This document shows positions 36,908 through 46,005 of a stretch of 64,000 nt of DNA, in pieces. The stretch spans positions 30,163 to 94,162 of the forward strand of contig CAZIHU010000002.1 in the NCBI GenBank assembly GCA_964538865.1, written 5' to 3'. A program made the translations under genes and the position numbers. This stretch comes from an uncultured Candidatus Peribacteria bacterium (lineage in GTDB: Bacteria; Patescibacteriota; Gracilibacteria; UBA1369; UBA12470). Under the pieces are notes generated by a model. The model did not search any database. It was not told the origin of the DNA and saw nothing but the letters and a program-made list of their open reading frames with translations. Numbering within the stretch: position 1 is the first letter of the stretch; each line of letters begins with the position of its first letter.

Positions 36908-37804
36908 ATGCCTGAAGAACAATGGGACGATCTTGAACGACGCCGAAGGGATCGTACCGCAAGCAGTCTAACCCTGGAAGAACACGCTGCCATAACCGCC
37001 GCAGTAAGATTCGGAGATCAAACGCCCTCGAGTCTAGACGAACAACAGTTCACAGAAGGCAATAGGATGAAGGAAGCTGTCAGAAGTGTGCTGGGAAGAA
37101 TCAAACCAACCGAAAACGTACAACAGGTAAGAACTTTGATAGGAACTCAACTTCCGCAAGCCGTAGAACTCGTAACAACCAAGCTCATAAGATCGGACAT
37201 GGAACTGATCACAGACCCATCTCCCGAGCTCATCGCGCGACTGCTAAAACTCACACCCAAACAAAGAGCAGTAATCCTAAAGATGGAAAAACCCCAACTT
37301 GGACTCGAGCTGGACCTACCGTTCAGAAACTACCTTGAAGCACTTAACGCAAACAGAAAGACGGGACAAAAAGAAACTCATGTAGATCGGGATTATTTAA
37401 TGAGATGGCTAAGAGAACCTGTGCAACAAGCAGGACAAGTCAGATGGCGACCTCACATCAGCGAAGCAATACAAGAAGTCAACAACAACCCTTGGCCAGG
37501 TCACAGATTAGACGGTCAAGCAAGACTATGTAAGGAATTATGGACACCACAAGGCCTTAGAAAACCGAACAACAGACGTTACGCAGAACTCCAATTGTCA
37601 GCAATCACGGTAACAGGAGAACCTCTGGATCAAAGACACTACAGCTCAGTACTCGAAGAGGAAATAACCCAAATAGGTCCGATCCCGAGCGGTTCGTGGA
37701 AGGATGGTTGTCAGGTGTGCTTCAATACCGACTATCCGGATGTTATCTGTGACTTTTCCCGCCTTCGGCCTTCGGTGGTGGGTGAATGGGCTGAGGCTGC
37801 TTAA
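36908..37804 (+). CDS. hypothetical protein
   Basis: 298-aa ORF, TTGACA-16-TAAGCT upstream; no domain recognised. Confidence 0.5.
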   Translation: MPEEQWDDLERRRRDRTASSLTLEEHAAITAAVRFGDQTPSSLDEQQFTEGNRMKEAVRSVLGRIKPTENVQQVRTLIGTQLPQAVELVTTKLIRSDMELITDPSPELIARLLKLTPKQRAVILKMEKPQLGLELDLPFRNYLEALNANRKTGQKETHVDRDYLMRWLREPVQQAGQVRWRPHISEAIQEVNNNPWPGHRLDGQARLCKELWTPQGLRKPNNRRYAELQLSAITVTGEPLDQRHYSSVLEEEITQIGPIPSGSWKDGCQVCFNTDYPDVICDFSRLRPSVVGEWAEAA

Positions 37805-37911
37805 CAACTTAAATTAAAATTCCAGAAGCTAGTTACTAGACTCTAGTAGCTAATTTACGCTAAAATCTCAAGCGGATCTACTCCACACTTTACAATTCTA
37901 CACTCTAAAAC

Positions 37912-38619
37912 ATGATCCTCTTCTCAAACGTAGTAAAAAGATACGACGGACGCGCAGTCCTCAAAGACATCGATCTCCAGATCGGAGGAGGAGAATTTGT
38001 AACACTCATCGGCCCCTCGGGAGCAGGTAAATCAACCCTTATCCACGCCCTAATCGGCGCAATCAAAGTAAACCGAGGCCTAATCGAAGTCGATGGCCAC
38101 GACATCACCAAGCTAGATCGCAACCAACTTCAAGAATTCAGACGCAAAATCGGAATAGTTTTTCAAGATTTCAAGCTTCTCCCGCAAAAAACCGTCTACG
38201 AAAACATCGCCTTCGCAATGGAAGTTTGCGGCGCAGAAGAAAAAGAAGTCCGCCGCCGCACAAAAGAAGTCCTCGAAATCGTCGGCCTAACCCGCCACGC
38301 TCACCAGTTCCCACACCAGCTTTCCGGAGGTGAAAAACAAAAAACCGCAATAGCCCGCGCCCTCGTTCACGATCCTAAGCTATTCATCGCAGACGAACCA
38401 ACCGGCAACCTCGACCCCGAAAACGCGGAAGAAGTCCTTTATCTACTCCAAAAAATCAACATCACCGGCGCAACCGTCATCCTCGCAACCCACAATCGCT
38501 ACCTCGTCGACAACATCCGCAAACGGGTGGTCGCAATGAAAGAAGGCCGAATCATCGACGACTACAAGAAGGCAGGATACGACATCATGCAAGAGCCGGA
38601 GTTTGTGGAGTTGGCCTAG
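37912..38619 (+). CDS. ftsE: cell-division ABC ATPase FtsE-like
   Basis: 235 aa; Walker A GPSGAGKST, signature LSGGEKQ, Walker B FIADEPT; no ftsX follows in this window. Confidence 0.8.
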   Translation: MILFSNVVKRYDGRAVLKDIDLQIGGGEFVTLIGPSGAGKSTLIHALIGAIKVNRGLIEVDGHDITKLDRNQLQEFRRKIGIVFQDFKLLPQKTVYENIAFAMEVCGAEEKEVRRRTKEVLEIVGLTRHAHQFPHQLSGGEKQKTAIARALVHDPKLFIADEPTGNLDPENAEEVLYLLQKINITGATVILATHNRYLVDNIRKRVVAMKEGRIIDDYKKAGYDIMQEPEFVELA

Positions 38620-38659
38620 TCGCAATAATTTAAGCTTTTCTTAAGGTCACTATGCTACC

Positions 38660-38688
38660 TTACCTGTTACTAGCAGGTAACTTTTTTT
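38660..38688 (+). terminator. intrinsic terminator between ftsE and dprA
   Basis: TTACCTG-TTACTAG-CAGGTAA then C plus T7, ending 4 nt before the dprA ATG. Confidence 0.6.
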
Positions 38689-38692
38689 AAAA

Positions 38693-39769
38693 ATGCACCA
38701 TCCCTACTTCCACATTTGGCAAAAAATTCTCTTCGGCAGCCCGAAATTACTGCTTTGGATTCTCGAGCAGTATGATTTCGATGCAAAAAAGGCTTGGGAA
38801 AATTTTAATCCAAATAAAGCGCCAAACGCACGCCCCGAAACAATCGATTTAATCCGCGAAACGCAAGTAGCAGCAGATCCAGAGCAAGAATATGAAAACA
38901 TGCGCAAACTCGGCATGGACATCCTCCCACTAACAGACCCAAACTACCCCGAGAACCTCAAAAACACCGCAATTCCACCTGTTTCACTCTATTTTCAAGG
39001 CGATCTCAAATGCTCACAGAAACCAACAATCGCAATAGTCGGCACCCGGAAAATCTCCTTCTATGGGCAAAAAATAATCAGACAAATCATCTCTCAGCTC
39101 GAACCTTACGACATCACAATCACAAGCGGCCTCGCATACGGCATCGACGCCCAAGCCCACACGCTCTCAACCAGGGCAGACCTCCCAAACATCGCAGTCC
39201 TCGCAAACGGACTCGATAAGCTTTATCCCAAACCGCACACCCGCCTCGCCCAAGAAATAATCCGAAAAAACGGCGCAATCATCTCAGAAGCGCCCCCATT
39301 CGTCCCGGCAGAAAAGTTCATGTTCCCGATCCGTAACCGAATCATCGCAGGCCTCGCCCAGGCCACAGTCATTGTCGAAGCCCCACGCAAATCCGGCGCA
39401 CTCATCACCGCAAACTACGCTTTCCAAGAAAATCGCCTAGTCTACGCAGCCCCCGGCGACATCACCGATTACCGCCAAGAAGGCTGCCACGAACTTATCA
39501 AGAACCAGAAGGCAATCCTCCTCACCGACGCCTCCCAAATCATCGACGATCTCAAGCTCACAACGACGAACCTCAACCTGAAAACAACCGGAATCTCCGC
39601 CGAACAAACCCAGATCTTGCGAGCTCTCGACCGAGCCAAACCAACCCGCCTCTCAGACATCTCAAACTCCGCAAAAATCACTCAACGCCACGCCACCAAC
39701 CTCCTCATCGAGCTCGAAATCGCCGGCCAAGTCAAGAACGTAGGGGCGATGCATTTTATTCGGATGTGA
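38693..39769 (+). CDS. dprA: DNA processing protein DprA
   Basis: 358 aa; Rossmann-like core IVGTRK.S.YG, SGLAYGIDA.AH, ESGALITA-like KSGALITANYA, C-terminal winged helix. Confidence 0.88.
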   Translation: MHHPYFHIWQKILFGSPKLLLWILEQYDFDAKKAWENFNPNKAPNARPETIDLIRETQVAADPEQEYENMRKLGMDILPLTDPNYPENLKNTAIPPVSLYFQGDLKCSQKPTIAIVGTRKISFYGQKIIRQIISQLEPYDITITSGLAYGIDAQAHTLSTRADLPNIAVLANGLDKLYPKPHTRLAQEIIRKNGAIISEAPPFVPAEKFMFPIRNRIIAGLAQATVIVEAPRKSGALITANYAFQENRLVYAAPGDITDYRQEGCHELIKNQKAILLTDASQIIDDLKLTTTNLNLKTTGISAEQTQILRALDRAKPTRLSDISNSAKITQRHATNLLIELEIAGQVKNVGAMHFIRM

Positions 39770-40179
39770 TGAGAGCATATAAAACAAAATCAGAAACGTT
39801 ATCAGGTACTGACTTTCACGAAGTTCGCAAAAAAGCTTTTGATATTTATATGGGGATCAAAAAAAGAAGCAAAAGAACACCATACATAAGATCTGCATAT
39901 TTCAATAAAGATAAAATCTTCTTGACACTGTTTTGGCATCACCTTTTCGAAAAAAAATGGCAAGACAGAATGAGGCGATTAAGATTTTATGCTGCCGCAA
40001 TGGAAGTAATTCGCTATAGCAGATTTACACCAAGGTCAAAGGAAAACCCAAATAAACCAAACGAAATTTTACATAGATTCGCAGGTGTCACAAAAGACAA
40101 TGAGCTTTTTTATGTTCAAATAAAAGAAGATAAACGCTCAAGGCGAAAATATTTGATCTCCATCTTCCCGGAGCAATAA
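39766..40179 (+). CDS. small basic conserved hypothetical protein (paralog 1)
   Basis: 137 aa, ATGA overlap with dprA stop; about 50 percent identical by eye to 52669..53082 (shared RSAYF.KDKIFL.LFW.HL, EILHRF.G.T..NE.FYVQIKE.KR...K.LIS.FP). Confidence 0.65.
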   Translation: MMRAYKTKSETLSGTDFHEVRKKAFDIYMGIKKRSKRTPYIRSAYFNKDKIFLTLFWHHLFEKKWQDRMRRLRFYAAAMEVIRYSRFTPRSKENPNKPNEILHRFAGVTKDNELFYVQIKEDKRSRRKYLISIFPEQ

Positions 40180-40181
40180 AA

Positions 40182-40230
40182 AAAGACCTTCCGCTTAGTG
40201 TAGTATATAAACTACGGGCCGAAAGTCTTT
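40182..40230 (+). other. conserved imperfect hairpin downstream of paralog 1
   Basis: AAAGACCTTCCGC..GTAGT-ATATAA-ACTAC..GGGCCGAAAGTCTTT; same CCTTCCGC...GGCCGAAAG frame with a covarying inner stem occurs after paralog 2. Confidence 0.5.
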
Positions 40231-40328
40231 TCTACATAAATCATATAGGAATTATCTCAAAAAATCAACCACAAAAACCCAACATCACGTAAAGTGCGAG
40301 GTTATTTAAGAAAACATTTCGGGCTGTA

Positions 40329-40482
40329 ATCTCGGATCTTGAATCTCGAATCTCGGATTTCGAATCTCGGATTTCGAATTTCGGATCTCGAATGTGGAAT
40401 TTGGAAATTCGGATCTCGACATTCGACATTCAGCATTCGACATTCCAAATTCAACATTCGACATTCGACATTCAGCATTCGC
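40329..40482. repeat. 154-bp array of 22 heptamer units (ATCTCGA/CATTCGA family)
   Basis: atctcgg atcttga atctcga atctcgg atttcga ... cattcga cattcag cattcga cattcca aattcaa cattcga cattcga cattcag cattcgc; lies between convergent genes. Confidence 0.85.
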
Positions 40483-40520
40483 GTTTTAGGCACTAGGTAG
40501 TTAGGATGCTAGGGTTAATT

Positions 40521-40625
40521 AGTAGTCTAATATCAACGTTTTCGCTCCGCGAAAACTCCATCACAGACGCCGAACAGGCGTCAAGCATACTAATAACCGT
40601 TTTCGCGAAGCGAAAACTCCATCAC
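40521..40625. repeat. composite hairpin element: module - GC hairpin - module
   Basis: AGTAGTCTAATATCAACGTTTTCGC-TCC-GCGAAAACTCCATCAC / GACGCC-GAACA-GGCGTC / AGCATACTAATAACCGTTTTCGC-GAA-GCGAAAACTCCATCAC; flanked by CTAGGTA-type and TTTCTGA-type heptads. Confidence 0.7.
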
Positions 40626-40659
40626 TTCTCACTTCTGCTTTCTGATTTCTCACTCCACA

Positions 40660-42375
40660 CTAATCCGACGCCACCCTAAACACCTCATTCAGCGTCGTCT
40701 GCCCCGCAATCACCTTAAGCATTCCATCCTCCTTCAGCGTCAACATCCCCTGAGCCCTCGCAGCCTCAAGAATCTCCCGTGAACTCTTTTTCCCAAGAAT
40801 CAAATCACGAATCGTATCATCAAAAACAAAGACCTCAGCAATCGCAGTTCGACCACTGTAACCTGTATGACTGCATTTCGGACAGCCAGTGGCATTCTTA
40901 ATCGTCGCAGGTATTTCAAGCACCATATCCGGCGCAACCGTCCTCACACCAGCCAAAACTTTCTCAATCTCTTCCTTCTCTGAATCCTTAACGGCCTCGT
41001 CCTGCCCGCACTCCTTACAAACCACACGCACCAACCTTTGCGCAACAATCGTATGAATCGCAGGCGCCACCATGTAAGGTTGCAAACCGATATTTAAAAG
41101 ACGAGGGATCGTATCAACGGCACTGTTTGTATGCAAAGTACTCAGCAAAACGTGACCCGTAAGAGCCGCTTGTGCCGCAGTTTCAGCAGTTTCAAGATCA
41201 CGGATCTCACCAAGCATCACAACGTCCGGATCCTGCCTCAAAATCGCCCTCAATCCAGAACCAAACGAATATCCACGCTTCTCATTAATCTGACTTTGCG
41301 CCACATTCTCGAGATGATACTCAATCGGATCCTCAAGCGTCACAATCTTAGCCTCAGGCTTATTAAATTGCCTAAGCATCGCATAAAGCATCGTCGTCTT
41401 ACCAGATCCAGTAGGACCTGTAACCAGCACCATCCCATTCGCAATCGCAGTAGCACCTTTTACCAGTTCAAGATTTCGCCCAACATAACCCATAGTCTCA
41501 AAATCAAGAGCCTTTTTCCCGCTATCCAAAAGACGCAAAACAAAAGTCTCCCCATACTCAGTCGGCAAAGCCGAAACCCTCACATCAACTTTCCTTTTAT
41601 TAAAATTAAAATAATATCGCCCATCCTGCGGCTCAGTCGCCACATTCAGCTTCATTTTACACTGATACTTGAGCTGATTCGTCAGGTACGAATAAGTCTT
41701 TTTATCCATCTGAAAAATCTCCTGCAAAACCCCATCAATTCGGAACCGAACAGCAGTATATTTATCCTCCGGCTGATAATGAATATCCGAAGCCCCCGTC
41801 TTCATCGCGCCAACACTGATAAGATTGAGTGCCTCCTCTGCAGTAACCTCAGAAAGCTTATCCTTAAGCTGCTGCAAACCTTCAATCTCCTCCTCATAAG
41901 CCTCAATCGCACCCTCATCAACAATATTTTCGACCTCTTTTTTCTCTTCCTGAAACTCGGTCGACTCATAATTTTTCAAAGCTTCCAAAATACCCTCCTC
42001 ACTCGCAAGATTAATATTGATCTGATACCCCTCATCCTTAAACCGCTTAATTATCCCCAAAGTCTTCGGATTCGTAGGATGCGCAATAGCGATCCGAATC
42101 TTCTTCCCAACCCGGAAAAAAGGAATCGCAAAAGCTTCCTTAGCCTCATCCCGAGGAACAAGATTAAGGTAATCAGGATTAATCGGCATCGCACCGATAT
42201 TCGCATAATCCATCTTCATAACCTTCGCCTTCTCGGCTACGGCCTTCTCCTTAAAGTCTCGGTTGATTTGATCGACATGAGCGCTGCCGGTTCCAGCTGC
42301 CGCCGGAGCTGCAGGCTTAGCAGGTTGAGCTTGCGCCGCATCACCTTGTTGACCACTAACCTGTTGTTCTGCCAT
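40660..42375 (-). CDS. pilB: type II/IV secretion ATPase (PilB/GspE family)
   Basis: 571 aa; Walker A GPTGSGKTT, Asp box, Walker B VVMLGEIRD, His box, C-terminal CxxC...CxxC tetracysteine. Confidence 0.88.
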   Translation of the reverse strand: MAEQQVSGQQGDAAQAQPAKPAAPAAAGTGSAHVDQINRDFKEKAVAEKAKVMKMDYANIGAMPINPDYLNLVPRDEAKEAFAIPFFRVGKKIRIAIAHPTNPKTLGIIKRFKDEGYQININLASEEGILEALKNYESTEFQEEKKEVENIVDEGAIEAYEEEIEGLQQLKDKLSEVTAEEALNLISVGAMKTGASDIHYQPEDKYTAVRFRIDGVLQEIFQMDKKTYSYLTNQLKYQCKMKLNVATEPQDGRYYFNFNKRKVDVRVSALPTEYGETFVLRLLDSGKKALDFETMGYVGRNLELVKGATAIANGMVLVTGPTGSGKTTMLYAMLRQFNKPEAKIVTLEDPIEYHLENVAQSQINEKRGYSFGSGLRAILRQDPDVVMLGEIRDLETAETAAQAALTGHVLLSTLHTNSAVDTIPRLLNIGLQPYMVAPAIHTIVAQRLVRVVCKECGQDEAVKDSEKEEIEKVLAGVRTVAPDMVLEIPATIKNATGCPKCSHTGYSGRTAIAEVFVFDDTIRDLILGKKSSREILEAARAQGMLTLKEDGMLKVIAGQTTLNEVFRVASD

Positions 42376-42486
42376 GGTTTAGATTCAAAAATATCTATAT
42401 ATTCTACCACAAAACAGGTTCAAAGGCAACAGCCCGTAGCGAAGCGAAGGGCCCAATACTGCCATCTGCTAGTTGCAAGTTGCAAT

Positions 42487-43740
42487 CTACTTCACTTTCT
42501 TCAACGCCTCCACAATCTCCTCAGCCTCTTCTTCCGTAATTCCTTCAACATCCTGCAAGTCCTTCGCAGTGAGTCCTTTTACCTGTTCAACAAGCGTCAA
42601 ATTCGCGGCTGCCAACTTGGAAACAGCGTCTTCGGAAACACCAAGAGACTCGATTTCCATAACTTCCTTCTTCTGCTTGGCGACCTTAGCCTGTTCTTCC
42701 GGCATATCCGAAACATCCAAAATATCGATTTCCCACTCGGTTAGATAAGAAGCCAAACGAACATTTTGACCTTGTTTGCCGATTGCAAGAGCCCGTTGAT
42801 CGGGATTTACATACACGGAAGCACGCTTTCCTTCTTCATCAAGAACAATCTTAGCAACCTCGGCAGGAGCAAGAGCCCTTTTTATAAAATCCTCGATTTT
42901 TTCTGCCCACTCGATAACATCAATACGCTCACCGTGCAGCTCATTCGTGACGTTCTGAACACGAACACCTTTTTGCCCAACACAAGCTCCGATCGGATCA
43001 ATCTTTTCGTCATTGGAAGTAACAGCGATTTTACATCGGATACCAGGATCACGAGCAACACCTTTAACCTCCACAACGCCCTCCTTAATTTCCGGAATCT
43101 CAAGCTCAAGCAGTTGCCTGATAAGATTCGGATGCGTTCGGGAAATCAGAAGTTGCGGCCCTTTCGTGGTTTTTACAACTTTATCGAGATAAATCTTAAT
43201 TCTCTGGCCACCGTAATATCTCTCACCTGGAATCTGTTGATCACGCGGAAGTAGGGTAGTGATTTTTCCCAAATCCACAAAAACCTGATTATTCTCAACA
43301 CGATGCACAAGAGCATTGATAAGCTCGTTCTCGCGATCCTTGAAATTCTCGTACATAAGATCGCGCTCCGCCTCTTGAATTCGCTGAATAATAACCTGTT
43401 TAGCAGATTGCGCAGCGATTCGTCCATAACCTTCCATCGGAGTCACCTCAATGCGGATTTCATCCCCAACTTTGGCGTTTTTCTTAATCTTCTTGGCTTG
43501 AGCAACAGTAAGTTCGTTCTCGGGGTCTTCATCAACGCTTTTTACGACTGTTTTGACATGATAAATCGTCGCAGACTCGGTCTTTTCATCGATATCAACT
43601 TCTATATTCTGATCGCGATTACCAAAATCTTTCCTGTAAGCCGTCTTGAGAGCCGCCTTTACGATATCCAAAACCGCATCTCTAGGGATATTTTTTTCAT
43701 CGGCAAGCTGATTTATTGCCGCCAAAAATTGTGTTTGCAT
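42487..43740 (-). CDS. nusA: transcription termination/antitermination factor NusA
   Basis: 417 aa; N-terminal domain, S1, two KH domains (GACVGQKGVRVQ, AIGKQGQNVRLAS), C-terminal HhH-like tail. Confidence 0.92.
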   Translation of the reverse strand: MQTQFLAAINQLADEKNIPRDAVLDIVKAALKTAYRKDFGNRDQNIEVDIDEKTESATIYHVKTVVKSVDEDPENELTVAQAKKIKKNAKVGDEIRIEVTPMEGYGRIAAQSAKQVIIQRIQEAERDLMYENFKDRENELINALVHRVENNQVFVDLGKITTLLPRDQQIPGERYYGGQRIKIYLDKVVKTTKGPQLLISRTHPNLIRQLLELEIPEIKEGVVEVKGVARDPGIRCKIAVTSNDEKIDPIGACVGQKGVRVQNVTNELHGERIDVIEWAEKIEDFIKRALAPAEVAKIVLDEEGKRASVYVNPDQRALAIGKQGQNVRLASYLTEWEIDILDVSDMPEEQAKVAKQKKEVMEIESLGVSEDAVSKLAAANLTLVEQVKGLTAKDLQDVEGITEEEAEEIVEALKKVK

Positions 43741-43805
43741 GGTTATGTTGAGTTAAAAATAATTTATTCCTAGCTGCAAACTGCAAGTTGCTAGTTGCAA
43801 GCTAA

Positions 43806-43834
43806 CAAAAAAACCAGGATCTCTTAAATCCTGG
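43806..43834 (-). terminator. intrinsic terminator after recX
   Basis: Minus strand CCAGGAU-UUAAGAG-AUCCUGG followed by U7-8. Confidence 0.65.
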
Positions 43835-43912
43835 CTACATAATCTCAAATCGCTAATACTGTGCCAGATTATAACAGATTAGTCAACGTCAAAACGCGTG
43901 AATTCACGCAAT

Positions 43913-44404
43913 TCACGGCCCTAGTTCAGTAATCTTCATATAAATCCCGCCTCCATTAAAACCTCTCGACGCTAAATACCTCATCAATCGCATTTTCTGC
44001 TTCTGCGAATCGATAGCCCCTTTCTTCCTTATAAAATTCTCACAAGCACGATCCAGCGCCTCCCGTTCATCAACCCCCAGCATCTCCCACATCTGCTCAA
44101 AAAACTCAGGCTCAATCCCTTTGCGCCGAAGCTTAGTCCGCAAACCAAACTTGCCCTGTGGATTCAAAAGGGTCTTCGTATTGATAAAATGCTCAATAAA
44201 CTGCGCATCATCGATCATATCAAGCTCCTCCAGACGACGAACCACGTCATCAATAAGCGAATAATCATCATCCTCAAGCTCCTTCACCTTCAGAATCTTC
44301 CGGGAACGATCCATCAGCTTCCCACGCATCTCAGCACTGGTCATATCACGCCTTTCAAGCGCCCGAAACGCATAATTCATCAGTTTGTCGTAAAGAGTCT
44401 TCAT
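43913..44404 (-). CDS. recX: RecA regulator RecX
   Basis: 163 aa; three-helix repeat pattern, ALRYLA-like [20 protein letters not shown]; immediately downstream of recA with 4-nt overlap. Confidence 0.8.
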   Translation of the reverse strand: MKTLYDKLMNYAFRALERRDMTSAEMRGKLMDRSRKILKVKELEDDDYSLIDDVVRRLEELDMIDDAQFIEHFINTKTLLNPQGKFGLRTKLRRKGIEPEFFEQMWEMLGVDEREALDRACENFIRKKGAIDSQKQKMRLMRYLASRGFNGGGIYMKITELGP

Positions 44405-45411
44405 GCCATCAGCTTATCTTTAACCTTTTTCTCAATCTCCGTCATCATTTTCTTGTTAGACTCGAGGAACGACTTAGCATTCTCCCGTCCTTGACCAAGC
44501 TTGGTCTCACCATAGCTGAAGAACGCACCAGACTTCCTCACAAATTCATACTGAACACCGAGATCAATAATATCCCCACTAGTCGAAATTCCTTTGTTAT
44601 ACATAATATCAAACTCGGCCACCTTGAATGGGGGAGCAACCTTGTTTTTGACAACCTTTACCTTCACACGATTCCCAACAAGCTCCTTGCCGCCCTCAAT
44701 CGCACCTTCAATCTTGCCAATTCGTCGAATATCCATACGAACAGAAGAATAAAACTTAAGAGCATTCCCGCCAGGTGTAGTCTCAGGGTTACCAAACATC
44801 ACGCCAATCTTCATACGAATCTGATTGATGAAAATGACTGTAGTCTTGGACTTGGAAATCGCAGCAGTAAGCTTCCGAAGGGCCTGACTCATGAGCCTGG
44901 CTTGCAATCCCATATGTGCATCACCCATTTCGCCCTCAATTTCAGCACGAGGAGTAAGCGCAGCAACAGAATCTACAACGACAATATCAACAGCATTGCT
45001 GCGAACCAACGTCTCCGTGATTTCCAAAGCTTGCTCGCCGGTATCAGGTTGAGAAACCAGCATGTTCTCCACATCGACGCCGATTTTCTGCGCATATTCA
45101 GGATCGAGCGCATGCTCAGCATCAACAAAGGCAGCTTGTCCGCCACCTTTCTGACATTCCGCGACGATATGAAGAGCGAGAGTTGTTTTGCCGCTACTCT
45201 CAGGGCCAAAAATTTCCAATACACGCCCTTTCGGAACACCGCCGCCAAGAGCGATATCAAGTGACAGTGAGCCTGTGGGGATAGTCTCAACATTGATTTT
45301 AGAAACCTCTCCCATGCGCATTATCGCGCCTTTGCCATAATTTTTCTCGATTTGTTCGAGAGCAAGGTTCAGCGCCTTAGCGCGACCTTCATTTTGTTTT
45401 GTGTCTGCCAT
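44401..45411 (-). CDS. recA: recombinase RecA
   Basis: ORF track 44401..45444 begins at TTG in a repeat; homology begins [35 protein letters not shown]; Walker [10 protein letters not shown]; TTTAACCC box 10 nt before this ATG. Confidence 0.95.
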   Translation of the reverse strand: MADTKQNEGRAKALNLALEQIEKNYGKGAIMRMGEVSKINVETIPTGSLSLDIALGGGVPKGRVLEIFGPESSGKTTLALHIVAECQKGGGQAAFVDAEHALDPEYAQKIGVDVENMLVSQPDTGEQALEITETLVRSNAVDIVVVDSVAALTPRAEIEGEMGDAHMGLQARLMSQALRKLTAAISKSKTTVIFINQIRMKIGVMFGNPETTPGGNALKFYSSVRMDIRRIGKIEGAIEGGKELVGNRVKVKVVKNKVAPPFKVAEFDIMYNKGISTSGDIIDLGVQYEFVRKSGAFFSYGETKLGQGRENAKSFLESNKKMMTEIEKKVKDKLMA

Positions 45412-45435
45412 TTCATTTTGGGTTAAATGTTTGTT

Positions 45436-45510
45436 AGTTTGCAACTTGCAACTTGCAGTTTGCAGTGATGGTATTTCGCCTTTGGCGAAATGATTTTATA
45501 GTAAGGATCA
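45436..45510. repeat. heptad array (CTTGCAA family) plus one inverted hairpin module in the recA leader
   Basis: gtttgcaacttgcaacttgcagtttgcag then GTGATGGTATTTCGCC-TTT-GGCGAAATGATTTTATAGTAAGG (reverse orientation of the 40521/57848 module). Confidence 0.7.
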
Positions 45511-45547
45511 ATAGTTGTTATTATCTTCTCAGACTGTAAGCGAATCC

Positions 45548-45576
45548 AATATAGGTGAGTAAAACCTCACCGTCAA
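45548..45576 (-). promoter_or_regulatory. sigma70-type promoter about 130 nt upstream of recA
   Basis: TTGACG-17 nt-TATATT preceded by an A-rich tract; spacer contains the palindrome GTGAG-GTTTTA-CTCAC. Confidence 0.55.
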
Positions 45577-45630
45577 CACTTTTTTCTTTTTTTATAAAAA
45601 ATTTATTGACGCAACAGGGAAAATAGCACA

Positions 45631-45660
45631 TCGACCTTAAATTTTCCTTAAAAAAACGCG
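45631..45660. repeat. 30-nt box, copy 1 (29/30 identical to 53101..53130)
   Basis: tcgaccttaaattttccttaaaaaaacgcg; in both copies followed on the + strand by ATTCGA/ATTCCA heptads and then a minus-strand gene stop. Confidence 0.7.
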
Positions 45661-45706
45661 GTTATTTTTGTGCTGCGCTAGAGCCGCTCAATACAAAAAC
45701 AATCCC

Positions 45707-45757
45707 AAATTCGACATTCGACATTCAACATTCGAAATTCGAAATTCGAAATTCCAC
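45707..45757. repeat. heptad array (AAATTCG/ACATTCG x7)
   Basis: aaattcg acattcg acattca acattcg aaattcg aaattcg aaattcc. Confidence 0.8.
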
Positions 45758-45758
45758 A

Positions 45759-45956
45759 CTACCCCAAATCCCTGTCTTTCAAATGAAAATAATCACAAAT
45801 ACTCTTCTTGGTTCCAAAAGCAACATTCTTCCCATCACAGACGGAGCACTTATAAACATATTTGCTCCCAACCTTCTTAGGTTCTGCAACAACTTTCTGA
45901 CAATCGCGGCAGAAGAACAGAATATTGGAAACTGAATTTTTCTTCTCCTCAGCCAT
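45759..45956 (-). CDS. small zinc-ribbon protein
   Basis: 65 aa; CRDC...CSVC pairs. Confidence 0.5.
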   Translation of the reverse strand: MAEEKKNSVSNILFFCRDCQKVVAEPKKVGSKYVYKCSVCDGKNVAFGTKKSICDYFHLKDRDLG

Positions 45957-46005
45957 ATTTATAAGGTTATAAATACCAAGTCTTCACGTCTCCACGTCTC
46001 CAAGT

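Noticed and set aside
35945-37804. XerC plus the following orphan ORF as an integrase of a mobile element or prophage
   Set aside because: The recombinase looks like a housekeeping XerC/XerD (length, SAM-like N domain, C-terminal motifs). No flanking direct repeats, tRNA target or phage genes are present. The association with the 298-aa orphan remains unexplained but is not evidence of mobility.
40302-40493. 63-aa ORF (MLNVECRMLNLECRMLNVEC...) and the idea of a CRISPR-like array in 40.3-40.5 kb
   Set aside because: The ORF is simply the heptamer array translated. The repeats have period 7 with no spacers, so this is not a CRISPR array. No cas genes are present in the window.
41131-42744. 537-aa ORF on the + strand antisense to pilB and the end of nusA
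   Set aside because: Its composition is low-complexity (R, L, I, N, S, K, P rich). It lies exactly opposite two genes with strong homology signatures. It is explained by the G-poor, stop-poor + strand. The same applies to 10304..10822, 17580..19554 (+ frames), 44491..45264, 55986..56786, 58058..58870 and similar shadow ORFs.
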